DNA of 64,000 bases from Atractiella rhizophila (lineage: Eukaryota): the NCBI GenBank assembly GCA_021432655.1, contig MU271261.1, forward strand, positions 1 through 64,000, written 5' to 3'. Made by a program: the position numbers and the translations under genes. Below, piece after piece: positions 22,801 to 38,648 of the stretch (positions are counted from its first letter, which is position 1; each line of letters begins with the position of its first letter). Below the pieces are notes generated by a model. That model saw nothing but the letters and a program-made list of their open reading frames with translations, ran no database searches and was not told the origin of the DNA.

Positions 22801-23761
22801 ATCCACGTCTTTCATGGATAAACCGATACGGTTGCCTGCGATAGACATCACTTTTACTTTTACTTCTTGGTTCCGGGAGAGGATGTCGGACGGGTGGTTG
22901 ACGCGTGAGGGGATTATGGAAGAGATGTGGACCATTCCTACACACACGAATTCAGCTTTTGCTTCTCCACACCACGTAACAAACAGAGAGGAAAGACATA
23001 CCTTCGGCTCTACCTCGAATACCTTCTAATGACACAAAAGCCCCAAAGTCTTTCATACCAGTCACCCTGCCATTGTAGATCTTATAAAGCACTGGTTGTT
23101 CATCCATCTCTCTATCTCTATCCCTCCCTCTCCCTCTCCCACGATCCTCATCCCTCCTCCCTCTTCCATTACTGTAATCCGGCGACCTCGACCTCCTCCT
23201 CTTCGCATTCGGTTCAGGACTTCGACTCCTCCTCCTCTTCTCTGCGCCACCGCCAGCCTTCGAAGCCTGGGCCTGCTGACCAATGGACTCAAACTCCTGC
23301 ATCAAATCATCGACGAACTTCTGAGCCTTAGACTCAGCAATATGCTTCGCATCGTCAGGAATAAAAGAGGGAGTCCAATTCGTATCCTTCTGAACGAGCG
23401 CCGAGAATTCGCTCGTCTTCTTCTTGTCCTTTCCGTCCCCACCATCTTCTTCAGTCCCAGTCCCACCAATCCTTTCCTTGCTCTTCTGCGCTTCAGCCGC
23501 CCTTCGCTTCTTGTACAAGGGATGCATCTCCACGATCAACCTGTCCACTCCCTCGACCAAGCTCTCCGGAAACTCGGCTCCATTCTCTTTCAGCTTGTTC
23601 TTGAAGTCGTCGAATGAGGTGGAGGACTCGTGGATGTTGATGAGGAACTCGGATACGGCGCTGTCGTTGAGGTTGAGATGGTTGGTCAGCTGGCGGTTGA
23701 TGGATTGGACGAGGGAGAGCAGCTCGAGTTCGTAGAGCGTGGAATCTTCGGAAGGCGCCAT
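19841..23761 (-). CDS. PRP22: DEAH-box splicing helicase Prp22/DHX8 (apparent 1-bp frameshift near 22650-22690)
   Basis: N-terminal [10 protein letters not shown]1 domain ([15 protein letters not shown]), [40 protein letters not shown]. Last exon ends [19 protein letters not shown] at 19841. Confidence 0.96.
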
Positions 23762-24772
23762 TAGAGACCTGACCTAGCTCGAATAAGGATTGCCTGTGGT
23801 GTAGGTGGCAAATGATTGCTAAGGGGCTCCAGTCACCTCAGGGGCTATTGCAAACCGCACAAATCCAGCCAACCGCACCTCAACGCGTTTGATTACTTCG
23901 AACGCTGACTTTGTGAATTGTGTGCTAGTGGGTTGTCAGGCAAGCTTTTTTGGCACTGTGTGGTTAGTTTAGTTACTGATCAGGTGCGTGATCTGTGCTT
24001 TTGAGCCGCTCAACGTAATTTATCTATCCTCTCTCCACCTTCACCCTGGCTCACAGTTGCAGAGCCTAGATTTATGCTGTCGGCTCTCAAGTAGACAGTC
24101 AGTGGTCAGTTGTTTATGCCTTTGCAGGGAGCCAAAGGTTCAAGCTCATGGCAACGAAATGTCTCCTTGACTATGAAAACGCGACTCACTGTTGCTCTGT
24201 ACCCGAGGCACTCTTACCTTCACTTCCTTTGTCGAAAAGGTGAAATGCTATTTTCGGCGATAGGAAAGGTTTTCTAGCTAAGATAGACACTGTCACAGTT
24301 TTCCTTAATATTCCATGGACCACTTGTCATGTTTTCACTTACGCTCTAATGATGGACCTTTGGGCCACTCTCCTTTTGTTTCTGCGTAATGGCAAAACAC
24401 AGTCCTATGTTTATCTTGTAGAATCAAAAACACCGAAGGATCGACATCCTGTACAATCCATCCATCTCAATTTGAGAAGCTCAGTCCTAGCATGATCTAC
24501 GTTCACAGGATGATCATATGACAAAGTCGAGTCCATCTACCATTGCTTATTACGACCATAATCAAATTGTCTCTTTTACTTTGGTAATTACTCGTTTACT
24601 ATGAAATACACATCAAGGCCGGCGGTCCTCGTATAAGAGACTTTCCAAATTTGTCCAACAGCGTATTTGCGAACACATCCGCCCACCTTTCGTAATCTCT
24701 TACAGACGAAGCAGTATACTATACTCGAGTTCAAGAACTTCAAGTTAAATTTAGCTTTGACAGGAAACAGCC

Positions 24773-27700
24773 ATGGACTCTCACACATCGTCCCACACAT
24801 CGTCCTCGTCCCCTTCTCCACCACCAACTCAGAAACTAAGAAGTTGTGATAGTTGCCGGTGCGCCACTTCCCTCATCCCTACCTCCCTTCTCTCAAGATT
24901 TGACTTGGTGTTGATAGCATGCGAAGAGTCGTGCGTACCACCTTTTTTTTCTCGCGTTGGGATTAAAGGTGTCCACAGAAATGTGTTCGAGAACCAGTTA
25001 CCAATGACAGTTGTAAACAATGTCTGAATAAGGGAATAAGGTATGTTGCCCTAGTTCACGAAGTAATCGTGCCCGTCCATGGACACCATTCTAAATGACA
25101 AACTGTTCTGATGTTTCAACTAGATGCACGATGCTCCAGCAGGTGAACCCCCGTCGTAAAATGGTACGCCTACTATGCTCTCACTCCATCGATATTTTCA
25201 TAAGGTAGTTTGTAAGGAAGAACAGGGACGGTTCAATTATCGCGAAAGCTCGGTAGGTCATGCGTTCAAGGAGTACTCCTCAGTAATTTGGTTCAAGTGC
25301 GACGTTCGGAAAAGCTGGATCCCAGTCACAACGGTCAAACAACTCTAAGCAAGATCCTAGACATCTCAACGCCCTCCCAAGCTCGACAAATTCCAGACTC
25401 GGAGATTCCGAAATGGAAAGCTCCCTCGCTCTCCATTTAATGGAATGTGCGCTTCTCCATGCTTGTGACTCAAGCTCGTCCTCACGATGTGATCAGTGTA
25501 TTTCAGCAATGTACGTCCTGATCGTCCGACAGGCGAGGATATCTAACGATGACACCTAACGAAGGGATGGGTGCAATTGCAACCGATCGAAGTAAGTAAT
25601 CTTGAATCGCAGGAGTGACGAAATGTGAAGTGTTGGCAAAGTGGCAAGACTTCCGAGCCAAATTCGAAGCTGCGGGAAGGAAACCGAATCAAATGGCAGA
25701 ACAGGAAGAAGTACGTCTGAAATTTGGCGAGAAGGAGGACTGTCTATCTAATCAATGAATGATAGGTTCTTTGCGCATTTCTTTTGGTGAAAGGAGCCAT
25801 CCTATCTGACCATCCTCTTCTGCTCCGGGGTCAAACTCTGCCGCATAGCCCTGGTAACGTTTCCGGGCAATTCGACGCCTTGGATAGCGAGGATGCACTG
25901 AATGCCTATTCTGACATGGGAAAGTTAAGGCGGAGTAAGTGCGGCCCTCAACCACTAACCCAAGCTCATCACATGGGTACAGCTATTAACCGGAAGTTGT
26001 TTGCACGGGCCATGGCTATAGCAGATGCCAAAGGAACAATTCGAAGCCCCAGCCCGGAAAGTATCGCCAGCCTCTTGCTCCTTTATCAGGGCTTAACAAG
26101 TACGCTGCTTCAGTATTTGAACTCGTGAGCGGGACTGATGCAGATGTAGATGAGGATCGGGCAGTCCAAGGACGCATTTACTGCAAGACAATGTTGGAGC
26201 ACATTCGAATCCTCACGGATCAGAATGAATCCTTACCGATCGATTTCAGGGTATGTTTTCTGTTGTGTCCCTGCTTCCATCCTTCCATCCTGACACCCCA
26301 TGGCAAAGAGAAAAGATGATCCTATCGAGCATCGCGCTTGGAATGTTTGGGTTCTCGATTGTCTCATGGTGGCAAGAACTGGTGTAAAACCTAGCTTGTG
26401 CTTCTTTTCCTTTCGCTGGCTTTTATGCTAAGTGGGGTATAGTGACGAAGAGGACATGTTGAGATTCTCTCCTAGGGCGAGGATGTCCCTCATGGATCTC
26501 GTGCCCCTACTCATAACATGTCCTTCACCTGAATTCCCAGCTATCAAAGGACAAGAAGAAGGATGTACGTTCAGTGATAATCCCATGGCTGAATACTGAG
26601 GCGATGTCAGATTTCTGGACCTGTGTCACTCCTTTCCTGAGAGAAATTGGCTGTAAGTTGGCGTTTTATTCGAAAGGCTCTCGAATAAGCGAGGATATCA
26701 CAGTCATTGGTGTACGAATTGGGGACTTCACGGCCCCGCGAGCCCTCCGACTTCCTTTTCAGGACGACCAATTTATGGATATAATTTCCTCGATCTACTT
26801 CCTCCAACTCTCCCTTCCATACCTCGAACCAGCTTTACTCAGGATCGAACATGAATTTCTCAACATATTCCCAACCAATGCGCTTTATTTTATTTCGCTC
26901 ATCTCCATTGCTTGGGCGAACGAAATCTTCATCCTTAAAAGTCTCGTTCAGCAACGAGAAGCGGATAGTGTCCCCGACCTGGAAAAGCAGAAGAAACTCA
27001 CCCGAGTCGCTCCATTGGTAAATCAGCTAGCTTCATATGCTGCACGGTCTATCGCCTATGTATTTCATGTAGGCAACTCCCGTATCATCCTGCATCAACA
27101 CTAATCTTTCGCCTCATAGCGATTGCGAAAGCTTGGTAAAAACTTGGCTTCTTTCACATCGCTTGCTGCCATGATCCCTCAACTCCCCATGCTTGCACAT
27201 TCCTTGGTCCACTACGAAATCGAACAAATCCCGACTAAGGTTTACGAGCCATTACCGTCTCTGCCAGGTCTGACGGACCATCCACCGCCGGAAACTGCCC
27301 AGTTCACTTTGGAACGGAAACTACTGGAGCTTACTTGGTATGCCTAAGATGACATTTGCCTCATTATTTAAAGCATCTACACAGGTTAATGGAAGGGATC
27401 ACAAGCTTGACCTACATCCATGCCGACAGCACGCTCAACGGCACGTTTAAATACCTGCATCAGGAACGACAGCGGCTCAGGAGTGACCTTCAGCCGAAGT
27501 TTGCACTGACTTCGAGTGCGGAGGGGTCGTCGCGGTCTCCCAGTGTTTCGGAGGAGCACATTCGTCTATTTGAAGACACGCTGGGATTGGGCAGTAGTTT
27601 CTGTGGAGTGCCACCAGAACCTTCCCCTGAGGAAGCACTGCAGAGATTGCAACGTGCAGTCTCGCTTCTGCAGCAACCTGATGGGCACTTCGATTCAGAA

Positions 27701-27793
27701 ACCTCACGATGGATAGATCTTCCACATCAGTTCGTCAACCTGTCCCCGTCGCAACCACAGCAGCAAGGAGTGCCTGCTTTTTGGACTTCATAG
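24773..27793 (+). CDS. Zn(II)2Cys6 transcription factor with a long C-terminal regulatory region (many small exons)
   Basis: Spliced cluster CDSC-RMRRVR-C-PQKCVREPVTNDS-CKQC-LNKGIR-CT assembled across three introns (24845-25130). Downstream exons include LFARAMAIADAKGTIRSPSPESIASLLLL and FTLERKLLELTWLMEGITSL. Middle exon boundaries are uncertain. Confidence 0.8.
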
Positions 27794-29055
27794 CCCCGCT
27801 CTTCGAGGCGGAACGGTGGAGTTAGGTTATTCTGTAATGTACAGTTCGAAAGTGTGCAAAGCTTGGATACTGTAATTCGGGTGCGTCTCGATGCTATTGT
27901 GACTTTACGAAGTATATGCTGCGCAACTCAGAGAACCCACTATTCACAGAGATCTCTCCTTCCTCCAGCTATTTCTTGGGCATTATCTTGCCCCAGACAA
28001 GTATCGTCAACATTCCGGCCTTCTCCTCCAACATCCAAAATTTCTCGGTCGCAATCAAATTTTTGCGCGTTTGAGGTTTCGAGAGTTGGATTTACACGCT
28101 ATGACAGGATACGAGATTATAACAATCCTTATTGAGTCTGACCTAGAGAGAGCTCGACGTTTCATTAATTAGCAGTCAGCACACGTTCAAGTCTTTATTT
28201 CTGGCCTTCTTCGTGGCTAGTAGGCGTGTTTTTTGGAAGTCCTTCAATGCCCGTCCTAACTTGACTTCACCCTATCAATCCACCACAGTTCTGGATAAAC
28301 TACTGCCACTGCCATCAGTAGGAGAGAAATCAGGCAGCACCATATTTCTTCTCGACAGATGTGCGGCCGATAGTGCATGGGACCAAACTGTGAGACATGC
28401 CAAACCTATAACAGCTTTAAACGGCCGTCGTGCAAGCATGCCTTCTCCGTTTGGCAAATCTGCTTCTGCTTCTATCTCGCCTTACCTCTTCCTTCGCTGC
28501 AGGGCCCCGTTATGTCGCAAGATGTTCACTCCTCCACCAATCCCTTTGTTGTTTCTGCCTCCGCCAAGAATCTGATGATGGAAAAGGAATACAAGAATCA
28601 CGGGCGAGATGTCGACTGCTTTGTGCACCTTCTCAGTAACTAGAGGCGATTAACGGTTGTGAGTGCCATGATAGAATGCTATTAGCAATACTCTGCTTAG
28701 AAGTCCTTGAGACTGAGTCCAGGCCATGCCATATTTTCGCCGTCCTTCGTTCTTTCCATACCTTGACATAGTCAAAGGAAGGTAAAATTTTTCTTATAGT
28801 TCGTGTCGTGAAGTGGTCTTGAGCAAAGACTACCAAACTCTGGTGTTATTTCATCATTAGAACTGTTTTCAGTTGTTGAATGCATAGACAAGGATCAAGA
28901 CTCATGAAGGGTATCTATGATGGAACAAATCAAATCCATCTTCAACCTTTGAGTCGCGATGGCAATGTCAAGGAATGAGGTTAGAGGTGCGATATTGTAC
29001 AGCAGCATATAAGCCGCAGACAGGCGTGAGAAGGTCATCCACAATCGTCTCTGCC

Positions 29056-29619
29056 ATGGTAGCTCCTGCAGGCTTATTCTCTTCACCATCGAAAGATCGT
29101 GCACACCGCTTGGGCTCAGCACCACCTTTACATTCTCGATCGGCCAGTTTCCACAATAATGTTGTCGATGACGCAACGAGGAACAGCAAGCCTACGTTGT
29201 CCTCGACTGCTCGTAACTTCTCAAAGTCCATTATTCGTCGGTTTCGAAGACGATCGTTTCCTTCACTTCCCTCAGAAGAAGTGCCACTTTTATCTCATCC
29301 GGACAAACAGCTAAATGGGGAGTACACCAGAAAGAGAGACGAGTTCGCAGAAGTGGTTAGAAATTGGCCGTCATACAAAACTAGATTGGAGCAATCTGCT
29401 TTGACCAAAGAGGCTACAGAAAGCTTGGAAGTGTTCAACCGGTTGAGGAGCAGGCACAATATTGATGTGGAGGACGGAGAGGAGCTGACTTCCTTTATTA
29501 CGGATACCCTCAGGCTGAAACAACTTTTGGATATCATCTTCGAAGACCACGACCGTCAGAAGCGCCAGCAAAAGCTAGTAAAGCGTGATCTGACCATGCA
29601 TGTCAATCTTCAGAGGTGA
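29056..29619 (+). CDS. Hypothetical protein (orphan, helical C-terminal half)
   Basis: Open frame of about 187 aa from MVAPAGLFSSP with protein-like composition; no recognised motif. A GTGAGC donor-like site overlaps the stop, so the gene may continue. Confidence 0.4.
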   Translation: MVAPAGLFSSPSKDRAHRLGSAPPLHSRSASFHNNVVDDATRNSKPTLSSTARNFSKSIIRRFRRRSFPSLPSEEVPLLSHPDKQLNGEYTRKRDEFAEVVRNWPSYKTRLEQSALTKEATESLEVFNRLRSRHNIDVEDGEELTSFITDTLRLKQLLDIIFEDHDRQKRQQKLVKRDLTMHVNLQR

Positions 29620-30386
29620 GCATTTGACACTCGCCCCCTGCTTCATCAACTCTAACCTCTCTGGCCAGTGGTTTTATTTGATTCTCAAACTGTCATTGCT
29701 CATTTACCTTGCGCATTTTTGCGCCCCTTCCTGTTCTGCTGCTTCGCCTTTCAGCATGCCACCATCCTCTCAATCAAGTTCTCATTTAGAGGACGGGTAG
29801 AATAACTATGAGTATGGTAGCCCGCTTTCTCACGTTGTTTCAGTTATAAAAGCATCGAAGATGTCGTTGCCACTTTATCGCCACCACACGCCGCATTCCC
29901 ATCTGTTTGTTCCTGCACACACTACATGTCGATCTGCGACAATCCCTCTCCCTCTCCCTTCGGATGGGGACATTCTTGCTCAAGGTCAAGACAAGGTGGG
30001 AAAACGCCAGATTTGGATTCATTCTGATTCAATGAAGTACTTTTTACCTCTTATCTCTCCGAAAGCACAGAACCAAAACTCGGGTATAGACCTCTTTCCT
30101 GTCTTCCATGACGATCAAATTCTGGATTAATTTGACAGCTCCGCGAAGCTTTGGAAACACAGAAGCAAGCAGAAGAATGAAATATGTGCCTAGCTAGCTC
30201 ATAACAGAAAGCAATGATGAGGTGTTTGAGGTGGTTTGACAGAGATATCCTGATGGTGACAGGACGAACGAGGCGACGCCTCCTTCCTCCTGCAACTTTC
30301 TTGAAGCCTTCTTACATCTTCGAATCGAGCTGAATATTACACAAGCGATGGTTGCAAGCTCAGTCGTCGCGAGGAGTGGGATGACG

Positions 30387-30422
30387 AGCTGACATGGGAA
30401 GAACAGCTGACATGGGAAGAAC
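30387..30422. repeat. 18-bp tandem repeat (AGCTGACATGGGAAGAAC x2)
   Basis: Two exact adjacent copies in a region of fragmented ORFs. Confidence 0.85.
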
Positions 30423-31216
30423 ACAGGAGAGACTGACCATGATATTTTCTCGAACAATCTCGCATAAACTTCCATGGTGCGTTATATGAATCGCCCCACC
30501 ATGGTCACACCTGGATGATGGTACCGCTGATCATGATGGGGTTAAACACCCCGAAATTCCCGAGTTAGAATCGTCCCATCCCTTGAGGACCCATGGGTGT
30601 TCTCCCAATTGGGTAGTTTGAAGCGGGCCAAGGTTGGGAAGGGATGGGAGATCATCGGCGAAACATGGGGTAGGGACAGCATGGATGGGTTGAAGACGAA
30701 GAATGATATTCCCGACATTTTGAGACAATGGAACAATACATAGTGTAATAGACATCTTTATTTGAGCCCAAGCGAAAGCGAGTTGAGAACAACATCACAC
30801 AATTCTTTTACCTATGCTACCATCAACAGACAGGCGACCAAAGATTGAAAAGCAACTTGAAGGAGAGTAAAGAACCTAACCGATGATAGCACATCGAAAA
30901 CGGCACTGAGAACGAAACCACTTGCTAGTTGAGCCCCGACGGTTACTGAGACAATCACATCTGCACCGACGAAGACATTCTGCTAACAAACCTAAGGAAA
31001 CTACGAAGGGACGAATAATCGCTCTTCGCTTTATTTTGTAACTGATAGAAAGAGGAGAAGCGTGAAATGAAGTTCGTATGGAAACTTGAGGTGAACCTTG
31101 AAGCGAAAGATTCTGCGCCAGTACACGAAGGTATTGGTCTACTCCTTGATCGTTGACCACCATTGTTCGAGGGAAAAATCGAAATGAAACCGAAATGTCA
31201 AGTTGGTGTAGATCCC

Positions 31217-32807
31217 TCAACAGGGAACCAAGTTCTCGTAGCACTGATTGAAGCCGACGAATCCGACCACCTCGTCCATGCTAAGATAGGTCGCAATCTC
31301 GTCTTCCGTGCCAGTCATCATTGGCGCAGTCGAACTCGCAGGAGGAGGATAGTCATATACCATCGTAGGAGCGAGCGTAGGAAGGATGGGGGACGCCACG
31401 GCCTGTCCAGTTTGGGCGTAAGGTTGTCCAAGTGGTTCTGACTGAATGTATTGCTATACCAATGAAGTTAACAAAAATTTCAAATGGGAAGGAGGACTCA
31501 CCACCGACGGAGAAACTTCGTGATGATAAAGGTTTTGTGGGAGTGAGTTTGAACGCCTGATCCCTGACGAATTGACAGGAACGACGAAGGAGGAGAGTAA
31601 TCTTTGGGGGTACTGAGGTTGAGGAGGACTGGACCAGCATTGAGATTCCTGGAGTGTGACAGGTTGCGGGACGCTGTGGCTTCGTTGATGCGTCGTCGCG
31701 CTCTCGTTTTGCCAGTAAGGAATAGAGCCAGTTGGCGAGAGATTTTGAAGCGGAACATAAGTGGGGTAAGGCGCCACTTCGGTCTGAATCCTATCCTCCT
31801 GCATATGCCTCCATTGGAACTGCTGACATCCTGTCGCAGCCGATTCGGACAGGTAATAATCAGCCGGCGGAGCAGTGTAGGTCTGTGAATCTTCGGCGGT
31901 CTGAGAGAGAGGTGGGATCTGTAGACATTGCTGACTGGGTTGCACCATCAGGACCGGAGAGCTGGAGGGCATGTGATGGGTTGGGTCGGTGGGAGGGAAG
32001 GAATGAACACTGGACGTTGGAGGAGAAAGAGGAGGAGAAGAAATCTCGCTCAGGACAGTCTCGTCGAGTTCGCTTCCACTAGACGAATACAGAACCGGAT
32101 TGGGTACTGCAGCGAAAGGAATGACGGCCGAGCTAGAGTCGTCGCTAAAGAGCTCGAGAATGTTGCGGTAGTGCTCCCCGTTGTTCCTCGTAATTTTCTA
32201 TACATCTGTGAGCGTGAAATTGCATATAAGTCAAATAACAAAGAAAGACGAACCGTATTCCAACGATTTTTGACGTCGTTGTCCGACCTGCCTTCCAGCA
32301 TCCGAGCAATTTTTGACCACGACCTCCCAAGCGTCTGCCATCCTCTAATGATGGCCCAGTCTTCATCCTGAGTCCAAGGTCTCTTTTCGACTAAAGCAAA
32401 GAGTTATTCAGCCCAGGATGACCCTACAAAACTACGCACTGTGCGGTGACAGATTATTGACATATCGTTCCCTGAAATTCTTTTTAGTATATTCGAAAAC
32501 AAAAAGGGAAAGGTAAAGCTCACCGACACTGTTTCGCGCTCCTGAAAACGTTATAAGACGATCGCAGCTCAGAAGCAACTCGAGCCCAAGCTCGACCTTG
32601 ATACTGAGCCACTACTGCTAGAAGTGCTTGATCTTCAGAACTGCTCCACGGTCCGCGCGTATTGCGATTCTTAATCAGTCGAACAGCTTTGAGTACTTCC
32701 ATTTCTGATTTGTAGTACTCTTTGTTCTTCGAGACGCGTCGTTTTCTGAAGACAGTCCCCGATGTGTCGTCGTCGCGTGAAGGTTTGGATGATACTTTCC
32801 TAGCCAT
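31217..32807 (-). CDS. Myb-like (two-repeat) transcription factor
   Basis: RGPWSSSEDQALLAVV..WARVA..RSAKQCR, intron, ERY.NNLSP, KRPWTQDEDWAIIRG....GRSWSKIARMLEGRSDNDVKNRWNT, followed by S/P/Q-rich exons ending at 31217. Confidence 0.9.
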
Positions 32808-33907
32808 GATGATGGGGTAAAGAATGATGTGGCAAGAGCTTGTGCCTCCTTTCTGGCAGGTGGCGCACCTCTGGAGCTACTGGTGAGAAAGAGAGGCTGA
32901 AGATGAGATTGGCGCTTTTGAGGGATTCTGACACGTTTTAAGGTTAAGACTTCTTTACGTACCATCGTCCGAAATTGTGGATTGAGATTACATTGATTCT
33001 GATTTGCGTGGCTCGCCGACTTCTAATCAGCCAGCATCCGAAGAAGCGGAAGCTTCTGCAACAGAAATTATCGCCACGATCTCGGAGACTTGACATTGCG
33101 ATTCCATGACAAACATCTTAAAATTCGAATGGAACCCAAAGAGGACTCAGCTATTGTCCTTGATTGAGGTGCCTCTCGAGGAGATTGGAAGAACCCAATG
33201 GTTTCCTTCCCTACGAGGTGGACAGCAACAACAAGGTGGGCTAGGTCCGGCGGTTGACCTTCTCGCAAATAGAGCAAGCACCAACAAATCATAGATATTT
33301 GGAGCCGATGGAAGGCAAGATTAGCAAAAACGAGTGATGATGCTAACTGAGACTCAGAACACGACGATTCGATTTTCTGGGGTCTGGAGGCACCCCATTT
33401 GCGAGCAAGATAATCTGTGCCGTGTGTTCGATATAACCTTGATTGTCGTGCGCTTGTTCAGACCCAGTGGGATCCAATGGGATCCAGTTATTCCTGTGAT
33501 ATGTCCCTACATTTGGAAAGCTCGAAATGAAGAGGGCATCACGTCAGTTACCTCCAGAGTTACCTCGTCCGACAGTGAACCTAGAAATACGAACGTGGGG
33601 ATGCATATGCTCGGCATACTCAGACTTCAGAGATTTTTTGCGAAGCATGGAACACGTCCGCCTTCTGATTGTCTACTTATCTCGTCTTGATTCTCGAAAG
33701 TAACGGTGCGACGATGGTATAACATTCAGAATGCTTTGTCCTTTCCTCCTTCAACACTAGAAAACAACAACAAACAACTCAAGCATAATCATCACGTGAT
33801 CACTCAATGGACCTTGCAGCGTTCCTCTAAATCAGCAGCTGTGCAACAGGCGCATTGGGACAGCATTCAAGAACATGAAATTAAGGACTCACAATCCTCT
33901 CGCCCCT

Positions 33908-34123
33908 TCAAGAGGTCAAAGTCCTAATATCCTCCATCAAAGCTTCAGCGATCTGTTTCAGCGACTTCCTTCCATCGTCCACCTTATTCTCCATCAAGAT
34001 CCTTCTCACGGCTTTCATCTCGTCCTTCAAGAGCTCGTTTTCGTCTTTCAGCTCCGTGACTTCAGCCTCGAGCTTCTGGATACGTTGACGGATCTTCTCT
34101 GCTGTACTACCACCGGCAGACAT
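33908..34123 (-). CDS. Small coiled-coil / leucine-zipper protein (71 aa)
   Basis: MSAGGSTAEKIRQRIQKLEAEVTELKDENELLKDEMKAVRRILME...; clear heptad pattern and a good ACAATG start context. Confidence 0.5.
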   Translation of the reverse strand: MSAGGSTAEKIRQRIQKLEAEVTELKDENELLKDEMKAVRRILMENKVDDGRKSLKQIAEALMEDIRTLTS

Positions 34124-34549
34124 TGTGTCCCTTGGTCGGCGGAATAGATACGTAATTTCAGAGTTGTAAGAATTACAGTGGAGTACGCGGAGTGGGCTAA
34201 GGATTGAAAGGAGGAAAGAGGATTGATCAGTTTTTGGGCTCACTTTTCCGTTGCGGAGCCGATGGGCATTGATCACCTGATTCCATGTGGCAAATGGCAA
34301 TCGGAACTAAGAGGATAATGCGTTCTCGCGTTCTCAATTGTCTACTTCGTTTCCTTCGAATCTGTGTCAATGTGCAAGCAATTAAGGGATTATTCACAGC
34401 GAGTTTCCAGTTTCACGGCACAGTGTAAATTGCAGCCAGTGGCGAGAAACTGGAGTCATGAATGTAAAGCAGATATAGAATTCCATATACTCTTTGAACA
34501 CAGCACGCCTCATCTCCCCCAATCAGTTTTGGCAAACCACATCACCCCA

Positions 34550-36718
<2,169 letters not shown>

Positions 36719-37100
36719 GATAGCCAAGATAGGACAGCTGCGAAACTGATCTACTGACAGGGGGCAGCGAGTTGGTCGTTGGCAACTGTTGCCACTTGTT
36801 GTTGGCTGGACATCCTAAAGGGCCGAACTGTATAATCTCAGATCCAAACCTTCGCCTAGCTGTCCTGATGGAAGAGGAATGTTTGTTTCATCATGACAGG
36901 TAGTAGAACTATTGGGACGCTATTTTTACCATGCCTTGATATCTCCTCGATCGAAATGTGTTATGAAGGGTATCAGTATATCAGTAATGCCCCAACTTCC
37001 CCTGAATATTCGGCGCGAAATCTCAAGTTGTAAACAGAAAAGTAAGAAGAATATGCATTTGAACGAATATTGAGAACAACAAAATCCAAGGATGTGTACA

Positions 37101-37871
37101 CTACTGAAAGGTAGCCATGTCTTTCTGGATGGCTTGCGCTGACTATGTCCATTTTACACATTAGTGCACTTAGCTATGGTGGAGCATAGGACTGACCTCG
37201 ATAAACTGATCCAATTTCCCCTCCAACGCGTCCAGCTTTTTCTTCTTGGTTTCGTTCTCCCTGATCAGCTTCGTCTTCTCCACTAACAACTGCTTTCGCC
37301 TGGAATCGAGGCGTTTCCTCTCAGCTAACTCGAAGCGTAGGCGTGCAAGCATCAATTCATGCTCATCCTCTGGAACCTCAAGTGGCGGGTCTGATTCCGC
37401 TGCGAGCTGCCGAAATTCCTCGACAGAATGGAGAGGTATCGTTTCGTACTCTGTCCTTTATATCCACACACCGCGCACAGTTAATTCCCTTTGTTTTCGT
37501 GCAAATAACAGAGACACGCACTCAAATTCTTCGCACTTCCTGATTTCCTTTTCTAAATGCGACTTCTCATATTCCAAGTTACTAAGCTTCAGAGCGCTCT
37601 TATCCACCTCTGTCCTCGCGGCAGCAACCTCCTTCTTTGTATCAGCCACAGTGGCATTGTTCTCTCGTAGGACTATCTTTAGCTCCGTGAACTTTTTGGA
37701 GATTTGAAAGACCCGTGTGTCGGTTGGAGAGAGAGGTTGGAAAGGATTGGAAAGACGAGTCTCTAAGATTGAAGTCGCCATAGAGGTGATTGTGGAGTGA
37801 AGCTCTGCAAGCTCAGCGAGATATCGAAGTCGGTCTTCGAACAAATGTTCAGGGTGGTCCATTGATACCAT
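37101..37871 (-). CDS. THOC5: THO complex subunit 5 (FmiP/Thoc5 domain)
   Basis: TKKEVAAARTEVDKSALKLSNLEYEKSHLEKEIRKCEEF and DEHELMLARLRFELAERKRL; last exon SAQAIQKDMATFQ*. Confidence 0.85.
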
Positions 37872-38648
37872 ATTATAGTAATTTCGGAGTCGTAAACCTC
37901 TGAAGATGCAGAGGCTTGTTAGGATGTTGCTTCGTTGCTTGCTCAGTGTGGCGGTCGGAAAAAGTTGGGAGAGGTGAAAGCTGGATTGAGACGTACTTGC
38001 AGTTGAAGTTAAGGGGAAGTAGGACGTGGCAGAGGCACAGCAAATATAGCTGAGCTTGGAGGGGCTCCGAAGGAGTGCAAAGCGTGAGATTGAAAGGCAA
38101 AGTGAAATAGTTCATGGACGCAGAAGCGTGATGTAGCTGCCAAATACTTTGGTTACTACTGAAACGGTGTGTCTTCTCCTCAATTCAAATGGGGGGAAGA
38201 CTTTTTACCGCAAGTAGCGACGTGAAGCGAGAATGAGAGAGAAAGCAGCCATGGCAGAACGCGTATATAAAACCAGTGTAAAGATGCCAGCAGTTTGCGC
38301 TAATTAGTGCCCTTGCACCGTTCTTATGTCTCTATCAAGGAAGTTACCATTAAGTCATTAAGTTGCTTTTGTTAGTATTTTGTTTGACCCAACCTCATTA
38401 CATCATAGTGAATATGGAAAGGGTAGTCTAAATAGCGTTAAGTAATTTGTAGTATCATTGATGTTTTTTTACCCAATATACGCTACTATTTGACCCTAAA
38501 AGAGTACTACAGTTAATAGGATTTAGTCCATGAATATAATATTGTTCATTTTGTGTTAAACTAGCTATATCATAATATTCTAAATTATCTCATAGCTGGC
38601 ACTCCGCGATATTCCAGAACGCTCACCAAATCATTCAGTTCCGTCTTA

